From Phoronis australis (Eukaryota; Animalia; Phoronida): DNA of 64,000 nt. Positions 24,401 through 37,310 of the stretch are shown piece by piece. The DNA lies in NCBI GenBank assembly GCA_002633005.1, contig NMRA01000069.1, forward strand, positions 698,858 through 762,857. The letters run 5' to 3'. The notes beneath the pieces were generated by a model. That model worked only from the letters and a program-made list of their open reading frames with translations, was not told where the DNA came from and did no database searches. Every line of letters begins with the position of its first letter. Positions within the stretch are counted from its first letter, which is position 1. The position numbers and the translations under genes were made by a program.

Positions 24401-27400
24401 TATATGTAGTATGTTGTACTTTGCAAAATGGAAAGGCATGGTCATTGTCTCCTCAATAGGCTAGGGGCAAAATGTGAGTGATCTTCATAATACAAGCACA
24501 TCCTATACATCAGTTGCTTAAAGCACCACAGAAACATAGAATTAAAAACAAATTTACCAACATACGAGATTAGCACAGCATTAGAATGCCAGAAACAAAT
24601 TTCTACTTGGAAGTTTTCCTTCATAGTCACGAAGTAACACAAAGTATACACCTGAAGACCTATGAAAATACAGAGGTCAATGTAAAATACTAAAATTGCC
24701 ACTAGAGGCATACCGGTAGTAAGAATCATCCTAAAGTCGTCATCGTCCATTGTCAACATCACATAAATACACATGCTAAATTTAGTAAAGATCCTGCAAA
24801 CGGCTTGGGAGATACAGCCATGGGTGCAAAAAAAAACTGCCACTAGGAGGCGCCACAGTAATCAAAGTCATGGGAAATTCAGCGTCAACCATCCTCTTTA
24901 TAGTAAGCACATGCATGCCAATTTTCACAATCATCCTTTGAGCGGTTTGGTTGATAGAGGGGTGGACGCAAAAATACAGACTCGAAAACATTAAAAATGG
25001 CCACTAGGTGGCGCAAACTACGTTGAATCCATCCGAAAACGGGTGGATAGCATCATCTCACTAATAAGTGCCTACATATTAAATTTCATGAATATTCCAT
25101 TAAGAACTTTTGAAGATACAAAGGTAAACGTAAAAGAATAAAATTGCCACTAGGGGGCACACTGGTAGTCGGATCCGTCCAAAAGTCGTCATCTTCTGTT
25201 GTTAACATCATATAAATGTACTTACACAATTTCGTAAAGATCCTGCGAACGGTTTAGGAGATACAGCCATAGGCACAAAAAAAAAAAAAAACTGCCACTA
25301 GGAGGCGCCACAGTAGTCAAAATCGTCAGAAAATCATCGTCAACCGTCCTCTACATGGTAAACATATACATGCCAATTTTCACAATCATCCTTTGAGCGG
25401 TTTGGTTGATAGAGGGGTGAACGCACAAAAACAGACTCGAAAACACTAAAAATGGCCACTAGGTGGCGCAAACTATGTCGAATCCATCTGAAAACGAAAG
25501 GATAGCGTCATCTCGCTAATAGGTGCCTACATACCAAATTTTATGAAAATCCGTTAAGGACTTTTAGAGATACAAAGGTAAGCATAAAAAACTAAAATTG
25601 CCACCAGGGAGCACACCGGTAGTCGGATCCATCTGAAAACTCGCACATGACATACCATTCATGAATGGAACATATGTGCCAAATTTCATGAACGTATGTC
25701 AAAGGGTTTTGGAGATAAAGCAGCGGACGCCGGACGCCACCCGGACGGACGGAGATGACCGCATAATGCGTCTACATATAAATATGTGGGCGCATAAAAA
25801 AGAAACGAGGACCATAATGACTGTATATATACTTCTGTCCAAACCACAGATTTCTTCTGCCACAAACCACATAGATCATTGTCACTAACAGCAATCTTTT
25901 CTTATAAACGCATTTCCTATTTTCTTTTCCACAAACTACTGAATGCATTTCTTTTCTGATGAATCACAGTTCTTTGCACTGTGGCATGAGGCCAGAGAAA
26001 GAATAAAATGACAGTCTTACAACTAGATCTGGGTATGAACACTTGTTAGGAAAGAACATTGTTTCTAAGAAAAATGAGTTGATAAGAAGAGAGCCAGGCA
26101 CAAAGCATGGGAAAAGATGTTGGTGAAAATGTCCATACAGTTCGAACAGACAGCAACTGACTACCCTGCCCTTATCATTGAAAAGGTTAATTGCGAACAT
26201 TTTAAAAATGTCACATTTCCAACCGACCTTTTTAAGCTTTCAAACACATCTGTATTGAATGTAGCATCTGGGTGAGATGGTGGCAGACAGATGTCACTAA
26301 CGTCTAACTCGCTACACGGTATCCCATAATGCTCCACTGTCTGACGTGGATGGAAAGATGACCAACCTATAAACGAAGGTAAAAATCATTGCGTGGCACA
26401 GAGAAATTTGACTTTCAACAAACTTTGGCCTCTCAGCTGGCAACATATTCCCTACCCCCAGTGGTCGCACAACCCTTACATCAGAGAAAATTAAACATTG
26501 ATAAAAATTCTAGGATTAAGGTGGGTATGTAAAACACTGCAGTATGAACTGATAATGAACACTGGAATCAGATATGGAAACTGCACTTTTACAAGAAAAT
26601 GCTAATTACCAAAACACAAGAGGCATCATTAAAAAACAAGAGCAAACACACAGATAATTAAATGTACCCACTGTGTGCATCACATTTACCACAGATTATT
26701 ACTAATTTAAAAATTCCCAATAAGTGAAGGAATGCATAATGTAAATGCAAAATAGCCTCCAGGGGGTGCATAGAGAGTCAGCAGACTCCTCAATAGGAAT
26801 AGACCTGCCAAGCCCCTGCAAAAATTAAAGTGGGCAACACAATGGTAATAAGATAAATCCAAACGTAGTCATCTGTTGTCACATTCACAGAAATAAACTT
26901 GTCCAAATTTCACAAAGATCCTGGAGGAAGAAACCGCTGCAGGTTAGAAAAAAGCAAACTTAAGCACTAAGGGGCGCCACAGGAGTCAAAACTGTCCAAA
27001 AATCTTCAACCATGCTCTTCCCACAATTCTTAGAGTGGTTGACCCAATGGCGAGATGAATGGCAAAAAAGACTAATACATCGCCACTAGGAAGTGTACAT
27101 TACGCCGAATCATCTACGAAAAGGTGTCATCGCCTTTAAGTTAGTAGAAACCAGTTTGCTAAATTTCATAAAAAGCCACCAAGGAACTCCAAAAACACAA
27201 AGGAAAACAAAAAAAAATTTGCCACCCCGGTGGGGGGCACAGCAGGAGTCAGACCTATCCAAACGTCGTCATCATCTGTTGACACCTCCATACAAATACA
27301 CTTGGCAAATTTAACAAAGATCCTGCAGTGGGTTTAGGAAATACAGATAAGGATGCAAAAAAAAAAAAAACTGCCACTAAAAGGTGCCACAGTATATAGT

Positions 27401-30400
27401 GCCGTCCAAAAATCGTCAGCTGTCCTCTTCCCAGTATTAACATATATGTCAATTTTCACAAACATCCTAAGAGTGGTTTGGCCGACAGACACGTGGACGT
27501 CAAAAACAGACTCAAAAATAATAAAAACGGCCACTAGGTGACATGCACTATCAAAATGTTAAATGCATCTCAAAACAGAAAGATGTCATCACCTCTTTAG
27601 CAGAAATCTATTTGCCAAATTTCGTAACAATTCGTCAGGAACTAAAGATATATACAAAGGAAAATGGAAAAAGCCACTAGGGGCACAGCCCTAGCTGACC
27701 CGTCCGAAAGTTGTCGTCACCAGTTGTCGTTTTCCTATAAATATACTTGCCATGCACTCTTACAATAATTTGGCCTACAGAGGGGTGAACGGCACATCAA
27801 ACAGACTCGAAAATAGTAAATATGGTCACTAGGTGTCGCAAAATATGTCAAATCCATTCGAAATTCTCAAGGTGGCGTTACCTTTCTAACATATATTACC
27901 TGTTTACAAAATTACATGACAACGCAAAGAAACTATGATGAGAGCACATCAGTCTGCAAAATTTCACGAACATACAACAAGGGGTTTTGGAGATACAGCA
28001 GCAGACGCAGGAAAGACTGAGATGACGGCAGTTCACAGTTACAGTGAAATCCATACAAAAACCATTACATTGATCCACATGAAAACAAGGTGAAAACCAA
28101 TGGCCTAAAATTTAGCTGATCTGGTATATGCAGGTTGCATTTTACTGGTTTCCATGAAGAACAAATTTAAACATGATAACTGCACTTGATAAAATACACT
28201 AATTTTCAACCCGAATTTACTTACCAGGGTTCTAGAGTTTAATCCCTAATTCAGTGATCCCTGCATAATTAATAACAGCATTATGATTTTAAAAACAAAC
28301 ATAGCTGTACCTTTATCTTTCACAAAGAATGGGTGATCTAAAGCGCATTTGGAGATAACTTCAGGCTGAGTTTCCACAGTTGACGCAAATCTCAGTTGAA
28401 GAAATGCATTCTGGGGGTTTCCTGGAGATCGACATTCTTCAATATTGATGAGCTTTAGACCATCCGGAGCATATCTGGAAAAGGCATGTGATCAATCACT
28501 AGAACAGTGAAAAACTCAAGCCATGTGCTTCAGTCACGTCTCAAAGCAGAAGATACACATGTCAGAGTGTGCATAAATTATTTCAAAATGGCAGATTTCC
28601 TTGGATATTAAAATTACGAACAGGGGAAAAGCATTAAATTTAAAGCATCTGAATTTTGTGCTCAACCAAACCAAATGTGAGACAAACATATCAGCCAAAT
28701 TTGGCAAAAGAACCAATAAAATAGGCTGCAGCGATGACAAGCAATTAAAATTTAAAGAAATACAGCTCTGACCACATACAGTCAATCTGAGTATGGGTAC
28801 ATTGCCATATTCCTTCAGATTAATACCCAAGCTACTTTTTAAGTTTCGAGAAACACGGTGATTTTAAACCCAAAATTTTACAAAAAGTTTACGTCTGCTG
28901 ATGTTTAGCTAAACAGTCATTTCAATTTAACATTTAGGAAGCTCAATGCAAGTGTTAAAAAAAAACATAGCAGGAATATTCAGTTTTCCTACAACAACGT
29001 GGCATGGTGCAGCTAAAATTCTCAAAGAAGCTTTTTAACAGTTTGGGAGCTAAAATTAGCACAAGACAACTCTCTTGAACATGGTTCCTTAGGGTTTTTT
29101 GTAAGGGGGTGTGTAAAAGTGAAAATTAAGAGTTTTTGAGTGCACACGTGTGCACCGAACATGAAATGTTAACTCTGACAAATTCTTTATAAAACACAAT
29201 AACACTATAAAGTCATACAAATTAAATCATAATATTGCTTGATTGTTACGTTTCTTTGTATTATTCGCTTGTTCTTTTGTTGTTTTTATACTTTTCCAAG
29301 GCAAGATACATTGACGCCAATTAAGGTGACATTACTGATAAGAAAACCAATTTTCTAAATATCAGCCTCAGCGTGAAATCGAACTTGCAGCCCACATGGT
29401 CGTAGTCAAATGCTTGCCAGGTGGCACAAAAGACAATAAATGGCAGAGTGTTTAATTGTATATAACTGGTAAAGTCACCAACCTCAATTTCAGCATAAGA
29501 CAATGTTACACATGACTACCTGCATTTTTCTTTCTGTTCATTGGTCTGCAGGGCTTGTGCTGCCAGACTCTCCTTATTGGCTAGATCCTCGGCTAACTGC
29601 CATTCAGTTTTAGCTCCGGTTGTAAACATCAGTAGCGTTCCTGTAATAGTGAATAAACAACACTTAGAAATTGCATTTTGAGGAAATGGGCATGCGATGA
29701 AAATAAAAGGACGAAAACATTTCCCCAAGTTTCCTATTGAGAAGTCTTCGTTGTCTGTGAATAATACATGTCTACATAAATTTTCCTTATATGCTACCAC
29801 TGGGCGAATTCGAAGATGGGCAGAAAACTTCAGTAACACTGCAACCATAACTACAATATCAAATATTACATGTACCAAACCAACAAAGTTATGGTATTAA
29901 GAACAGGTGATCAGCAAAGAAAAATTAAAGTGAGTGCTTGGCATTACTCCAGCATAGATATTATTCGCAAGTCCTCTGCTCACTATAACCAGAAAGTGAC
30001 ACCTCTTCTGGGAAATCCATATGAAAATATTGAAGTAATTGTGAATCTGTAGTCCATGATCTATGATTACATCAATGTAAAATTAACCAATCAGGGGGTC
30101 CCCGCCCAACTGAGACTTTCTCTAGATCTGCACCTATTTTTCCGCTGCGAACGAAATTCCATACCTTGAATGAAACACTGCCACACCGCAGTGGGCCAAG
30201 AATGGGACCAGCTGGCGCTGCCATCGAGATCGCAGTTTGGCGATGACGGGAATGGAGATGACGAGGTCACGCGAGGGTCACACTCTTCACTAAAAATGGT
30301 TTAAGAATAATGTCAACACTTAAATGACGTGCACAAGGTGAACCTTACAGTCTCTTAGTGATCCTAATGAGAATTGCCTTATTAGCGTCATCTCCAAATA

Positions 30401-33400
30401 CGAGCGTGTGAGGAAAAAACAAAAGGTTGTGCAACAGCAATGCAACTGTCAATGTCCGCCATATTTTTTAATAAGTGGGTAAAAACTTTATAATCTGTGC
30501 CTTCATGAACACCTCTCCTGGTTACATTAAAAGCAATGATAATGCAGAAAAAGTTGCTCGCTTTGAAAAGAGTTTATATGACTACCTTAGTTGTAATTGT
30601 ATTTGTCATATAAATGACCTTACTTGTAATTGTATTAGTCATAATAAATGACCTTATATCGCCTAGCCAGGTCTTGGTTTCATTTCTGGTAACAAGCTTG
30701 CGATGCACGAACTACCATATATCATTCGGGACATATGTCGATCATAAACTATATATTATGTTCCAGACGTTAAGACTTGTTTTTCATTTGATAGCAGTAT
30801 AAGACAAGTATTCTAATTCAAAATTCACTTCTTTTGACATTAAAATTGTTAATGACGTGAGAACTGGGGCTTTATAACAAGTTATCATTTTAAGGGCTAA
30901 CTATACCAAATGGTAAATTTACCTTATGGGAGAAACACACCACCTTTCTGTGGTTGACGGGGACGGTGTCCTTGGAGGTCGAGCATACGAGTGAATAGCA
31001 TGGTCAATGGACCTGGAAATGGTAGAGAGTCATAAATACCATGGTCAACAGACTTGGAAATGGTAGAGTGACATAAATACCATTGTCACCAGACCTGGAA
31101 ATGGCAGAGTGACACAAATACCATGGTCAACATGACTTGGAAATGGTGGAGTGACATTGTGGAACTATATGTTCCAAATTATATGCACACAATTTAGCAA
31201 GAAGCGGCACTTCAATTACCGCAAAAATTATATCACTTAGAGAGACTGCAGTAACAAAACTACATTATTTTTAAATTATCATTACTTCTACCTGTCTATG
31301 TGTTAATTGCACATGGATCCTCAGTTCTAATTTTTCGAAGATAGGTGTGCGATATGAATCCAAGTCAAACCCTCGTGGCATGTTTATTTTTCAATTGTTA
31401 TCTGTTCATCCCTATCGTTTTACTGCAAACTACAGTGGACCAGAAATCTTCTCTGCCAATACATACATAAAACCACAATAAAAAGCTTTCCATGAGTAAC
31501 AATGACAATGACAATAATATACTCACTTTGGAATGTTTTGTTTGATTGGAGATTTCGTAGGAGACGAAACACTGTCTCGGGGAGTTCTTTGTAGAAGTGG
31601 ACTCTGCGGGCCAGTTGCAATGATGGCTAATTCTGTGAGTGGATTATTCATGTCAGACGTCCTCGAGGTCTCTGTGGCAACATTGGGCGAACACGTCAGA
31701 CGGGAAGTGCCGACATCCAGGCGTAGAGATTTTGATGGAAAGTGACGAGATGAATAATGACAAGGGAGATCATCATCGTCATCTTCTAAAACAAAAATAG
31801 ACAATGTAAGTACAACCACTAGGTGGCATGTAGTATCTTGCAATAGATGGCACTGTGTTACAATATGGCAACTTGCAGTCTTCAGACTCATTAAACACTT
31901 CTGGAAAGTACATGTTACATAGGGTTAGTAAGACTGTGTGTATTAGTTCCTTGCAGTCTTAAGCTAATTTGAGGTTTCTATTAATCTGAAATAGCTGATG
32001 TTATCTAAAAACATTTAACTTCACATTTGCAGCTGGATTTTTATAAAAATGTTCAAGCCAGTTAACTGCACCATGCTCGATGAAGTGGAGTACACAAAAA
32101 ATATCAAGGCCCAAGGACCAAACTCTGTACTCCACCAGCAAACCTGCACGTCACACTTTTATGTGAATGATCGCTTGTCGTAATTCTTGGATTTAAGACT
32201 GTCAACAATGCCTAGTTTCAAAATTTGATAAAAGTGTCTACTTTAAAGCCCAGTTTAATCACCAATTTTCACTTTCCCAAATAGGAGATATTTTTTAATG
32301 AGTTTTACCAGGTGTATTTTCGATAGTAGCAACCTAGCATTTAAGAAAAATACATTCGCCCAAAATGTCAGCCTCGTCCCCAAGCCTCAAGATGGCGCTG
32401 ATTGATTTAGCCATTTGAGGCTTGGTTGAGGGAATTATTTTCTGCACCATTATTGGCCGCTGCCTTGACATCATTAAAATAAAGGCAGATTTTTATTATA
32501 TTCACTGACATTGTTGCTGCCATTTGATCACGAATAAGAAAGCATCGGTTTGGTTATTGTTTGAAATAAAGGTCTCTGGCCTACTTGTTTTCAACTCTTT
32601 TTTATTAATCTGTTTTCGAATCAAAGTACATCATTTTTGCAATAATTTAGACCTAAATTGCTGCAATATAGCGTTAGTTTACAATTTTATATTATACTGC
32701 ACAAAATTTCAAAGATGATATAACTTTATATTACTCGTGATATTCCACCAATTTCGGTAAAAACGTATCAGAATTCTGACACATTTCATTTCCCATAACC
32801 AAGCCTCAAGTGGCTAAACCAATCAGTGCCATCTTGAGGCTTGGGAACAAGACTGCCCAAAATGTTTGCAATAACTTTTATGCATGAAAACGTCTCTTCA
32901 GGTTTTCGTTACCAACAACGAATTGCGTAAAAAAATCCTACTCATATTAATTGTGGTGACCTTCATTTTCAAGGGAATTTTCCATCCAATTATTTTCATT
33001 TTCCAATCCTTCTCAAACAATTTTTAAAGGTAAACGTTTTATAGCCAAGCATAACTGAAGTTTGTAACTTATAAACACCATTATAGTCAATGTGCTTAAG
33101 GTCAAATGGAAACGTATAGAGGGTTATGGGTAGCCACTCTGAGAATCGGTATTTTATCATTTTATCTGTACTGTATAATTAGCGTGTTGCTTAAGTTTTT
33201 GAAGTTTAATTTTGTAGTTTTTTTTAAATTGTCGGATAATAGCACTTGTGATAATGTTTCATTGTTAAAATCCAGACTTTTGAAGAAAGATTATTATATG
33301 GGCAGCACAGACAGTTCCTGCCTAACAGCAGATCATCCAGACATCCAATCTAGCTGTTCGTAGATTAGATGGATACGCAGTTGCAAAAGTTCTACTCACT

Positions 33401-36400
33401 GCAAGACTCACAGGATACAAAATTAGGAAACAAACCTCTTTAACTGGGATAGCGAAAGTTTTCAGAGGACAGTGAAATTTACATACTTTCAGTTCTAAAA
33501 GGATTAATTTCAGAGGACAGTGAAATTTACATACTTTCAGTTCTAAAAGGATTAATTTTATCAAATGATGCACAAAACAGGAAGAACCATTAATTTTTTA
33601 ACTATCTTAGGCAATGACGAAATGTGAACAGCTAATTGTTTCCCCAAATACAAAGTGAACATAGGTTTGATTGAATTCAAGGATTTTATAAAAGTTTTCA
33701 ATGAGAACATTTACAGAAGTATACCATTAGGAGTCCTACGAGATTACCTGCACGACTTGCAGCTACCACGTACTGTACGTAAAAGATGTAATAAGCAACT
33801 AAACCTTATCAAGCCAACCCAAACAACAAATTGTCAACTTAACAACAGATCAACAGTCTGATATCACACATATGTAAACATAACAACAAAAAAACAACTT
33901 GAAAACAAATGGAAAGACCAAAACAAACATGTTACCTTGCTTTCCCATAATCAGTTTGCTTTTGAAGAGAAGAGAAATTCTCCTTTGAGGTAAAATTGTT
34001 GCAAAGCCCTACTCCATTTTATAGGCCCCTGGCTCAGTCCCAAAATGTCTGCACTGAGTTTACTGAACCCCACAATCACTTCAACATAAGCCTCTTAGTA
34101 CAATAACAATTACGAATCAACAGGTGTTAAAGTGTAGGTAAGTAGAAAAATTAATTACTTTACTAAGGACCTGTACCCAAGCTACATATTTGCAAAGAAC
34201 ATGATCTAACTGATGTCAACTGATAGCTTACAGACGATTTTAAAAATAAAACATTACACTATTTTACATGTTTTAAGGGGCCCAATATCCAGGTACTAAC
34301 CTACAGGTTTCTGATTGGTAGATTTGATATAATACACATAGACTTTTTCATTTGACAGATGAATGAATGAATGAATGAACTAATGAATGAATGAATGAAT
34401 GAGGTGTTGGAGACCCTTAAAATGCATAACATTCATTGACTTGTCAGCCATTTTTAAATTCTCATACAACAATAGAAATAAAATGCCGATGAATATATTA
34501 CTTATAGAACAATGCAATGCAGGTTTGTAATATCAAATCAAAGCACAGCTGAATCGTTTAACAGCATAGCTTAGAATTTTTCCATGGAAATGCTTAAAAG
34601 GATAAAAAATTTTCAACTTAGTAGTTGCAGTTCAACCACTGTAAAAATTAATAAGCAATAAAATCAAAAATAATAAAAAAGGTGAATGATAGTTAAAATA
34701 AATGACATCATTTGCTTGAAAAGTCGACATTTTAATAAACAATGCATTGATTACCAATGAAAACAAGAGCAAATTACAATAAAGATTCTTTCCCTCGTAC
34801 GACTGTCCACAAAATATGTGCGGGACTCGAAATATTATACTTCATTTCCGACAACAAAAGAAATAACTTTCAGTTATAAAATTCCATATCATTATACTAC
34901 ACAGAAACGAAAATTCCCTTCCCCAGTAATGAAAGCAGAAAAATGCATTATTTTACCAAATTACTGACCCACCAATCTCGTAGGATCATGTGTAGGGAAA
35001 GAGAAAACATTGCGTTACCCAATTACTTTTGAACTTCTAGTTTCTACATTTTACTTATACAATAAAACTACCTGGAGGAAAGCTCTCTTCGCCTTCGTCA
35101 CACTCCAAATTAGGTAAATCAACGACGTTAATTTCCCGTGTGTCTGCATCATCCGATGTATGAGAGACGCTATCAGCAATCTCACACTTGGTTTTTTCTG
35201 TGTGATACTTTAACCCATTTGAGCTGAAATAAAAAACAATGATGTAAAAATAATTTAATGACAAGGTGAATGTCCACTGGCTGACAAAAATCTCTAGGAA
35301 AGCACAAGGTATAGTTTTGAATGATTTCAATGACAATAGATTACCTAAGTACAAAATTTATGTGCGGTAATTTTAATTACGTTGACTCCAGCCATTGTCA
35401 TCCTGCCTAAGTATTAAGGGAGAGAATGACAATTAAAAAAATTAAAAAATAAAAAATGTGAATAAGTTAAAAGGCAACAGTAATTTTTTGTCCTGCAAGT
35501 CCAATAAAAGTATCCATCAGATAATTAAGTAAAAAAAAACAATTAAAAATGGTAGAAATTGAAAAATAACCTTGAAATAGCCTAAAATGGTTGAACAACT
35601 ACGATAAATTCTCACCAATTTAGGACACAGTACGGTGGCCAATTGAAATCAAATTTTCTGATTTTCTCATGAAAAAATAGCACAAAATAACGGGTTAAAA
35701 CTCTAGTCAGCACTGCAGCCAACAGACAATACCTTAAAAAAGAAAACATACCTTTTAAAAGTCCTGCCGCAGCGATCACATGTGTACGGTCTGTCAACTC
35801 CATAGTGGGTTTTCAGGTGGTAACGTAATCCAGGTAGACTTGTCAGAACCTTTCCACAACCTTCTTCAGGACACTTCAGCACCTTGTGTCCCTGTGCAGT
35901 TGAATCGCCATGGGAACGCATGAACTCTTGCATGCGTTCCGTTTGAACCTTGTGTCTCTTTCCAGTCTACATACAAAATATGAATATTATAAATATTGAT
36001 TAAAAAACAAATAGATGATATAAAACAGCCAGCATCTAAGAAAATTGACAACTTCATGGAAACAACTTTGGCAATTTTGTGGTTTATTTTCTTCTTTTCA
36101 GGATATGAAGTGCTTCTTCACATTAACAATACAATCAGTGCATTAAGCCAAATATCTCCAGTAATACCAATTAACTTTGAAAGTAGGGATTTTCCAAACT
36201 TTTTTCAAATATAAACCAATCTGTCATTAATTGGACCCCTTAACCATGCCTTTAATTAAAATGTAACAAAAACATTATTTTACTTATTTTTTTTCAATAA
36301 AATCAGTCCCACTTTATTTCCCCCAACATGACCCGACATTCTTAAGATGGCATTCCAAAGTCAGCCAAATTTGGACATTTTTAAGGCTCCCACATAGCCT

Positions 36401-37310
36401 TTAACCAAGGACTATTTGTTTTTATGACCACTGTAAAGCAGTATATAGGCCTACTCAAACAAGCCACACCTTTGGTGGCTTTTCCCAGTCTCACAAAAAA
36501 TGAAGAAACCTGTGGGCTGGCATCTGAGGGCAAAACACAGTTCTAAGACAAAGTGGTGGAGGAAGAAATCATATATTGTGGTTCAGCTCAGTTCTATGGT
36601 TTAGAACAGATTAACATTAATGTAGTCTAGAACTTATACATGGAAAGCATGAGGAAAGTTGGGAAAGTGATCCACTTACTATTTCTTTACTATTAGTTCT
36701 AAAGACATTTCAGAAGGGGTGTGCAACTTCTCATATATGACACATGGCATGAACACTGTATGAAAATCGAATATTGTTTCCCATATAGTCAAGGACAATA
36801 TTGATTTGCCTTCTTGAAAAACATCGTTGAACCCGTCCTTAAGCAATCCAAATGTTGCAATTCAAACCACTTGTTGCGTGTGACTGTGATGAGGACAAAA
36901 AAGAAGAAAGCTCGAATTTGTTGCATCAGAACACTGTTGCGAGCATTGCATGGTGCCATTAAAACAGTTAACAATTCTTGTAAGTTCAGAATTACTGACA
37001 AGGACAGCATCTGCACGTATAGAATGTTTCTCGGTGTTTCTTCTGTTGTTTTGCATCTCATAGCCAATGAATCAGTAGGCCTACTAAGGACCGTTTGTTT
37101 GCAAACAAACGTTTGAATAAGTAAGACGGCGAATGAATGAAACATTGGGAAAACAAGAAAGAAATTGATTGAGATTTCGACAGCGCTTACATGGATAAAT
37201 TCTGGTTGTTTTCTTAAAGTTCCTAATTCATTTGTCCCTAGTGAATGTCGTTTTGGAAAATTTTAATATCGTAAACCAAACTCACGCAAACTTACCTCAA
37301 CCGACGCCAT
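21435..37310 (-). CDS. HBP1: HMG-box transcription factor HBP1 orthologue (AXH domain + HMG box) with two N-terminal zinc fingers, 560 aa, 13 coding exons
   Basis: Exons in transcript order: 37296-37310 (MASVE), 35752-35966, 35072-35223, 31527-31785, 30923-31012, 30165-30289, 29520-29640, 28311-28474, 26228-26366, 23965-24022, 23511-23695, 22411-22555, 21435-21449 (SMSE*); all phases match. Motifs recalled from vertebrate HBP1: LTELAIIATGPQSPLLQ, HSYARPP, WPTAVWQCF, AXH (CALDHPFFVKDKGWSSFHP...IPCSE...CLPPSHPDA), FDFTPEDSSAVFALSNMA, HMG box KRPMNAFMLFAKKHRVEYTQQYPGKDNRAISVLLGDRWKRM...PDCWKRKR. Confidence 0.95.
24300..25797 (-). mobile_element. Non-autonomous Helentron/HINE-like element, intact copy 3
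   Basis: Reverse complement of the copy 2 ends; the 3' ~550 bp are nearly identical to copy 2 (spurious ORFs 13447-13845 and 24442-24843 translate almost identically). Confidence 0.8.
26636..28080 (-). mobile_element. Helentron/HINE-like element, diverged copy 4
   Basis: AACAAGAGCAA 3' terminus on the - strand, repeated GCCACTAGG monomers, 5' region homologous to copy 3; boundaries approximate. Confidence 0.65.
30999..31157. repeat. 41-bp minisatellite, about 4 copies, spanning an HBP1 splice acceptor
   Basis: Units begin CAT(G/T)GTCA at 30999, 31040, 31081, 31122; the first overlaps exon 30923-31012. Confidence 0.9.
32369..32855. mobile_element. Mutator-like MITE with ~60-bp TIRs and 10-bp TSD
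   Basis: CAGCCTCGTCCCCAAGCCTCAAGATGGC... and ...GCCATCTTGAGGCTTGGGAACAAGACTG; CCCAAAATGT at 32359-32368 and 32856-32865. Confidence 0.8.
33459..33557. repeat. Tandem duplication of about 49 bp
   Basis: TTTCAGAGGACAGTGAAATTTACATACTTTCAGTTCTAAAAGGATTAA twice. Confidence 0.9.
33936..34023 (-). promoter_or_regulatory. Candidate internal TATA promoter and alternative first exon (MGKQ) of HBP1
   Basis: On the - strand: CCTATAAAA (TATAAAA at 34017-34023), ATG at 33948, ATG GGA AAG CAA G then a GTAAC donor at 33935. The phase-1 end matches the phase-1 acceptor of exon 31527-31785. Confidence 0.5.
34358..34402. repeat. (ATGA)n microsatellite
   Basis: Directly visible, with one interruption. Confidence 0.9.

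Noticed and set aside
13447-24843. Near-identical 132/133-aa ORFs on opposite strands (13447-13845 and 24442-24843)
   Set aside because: Both lie inside copies of the HINE-like element; there are no Rep/helicase or other motifs, and the similarity is explained by DNA-level repeat identity.
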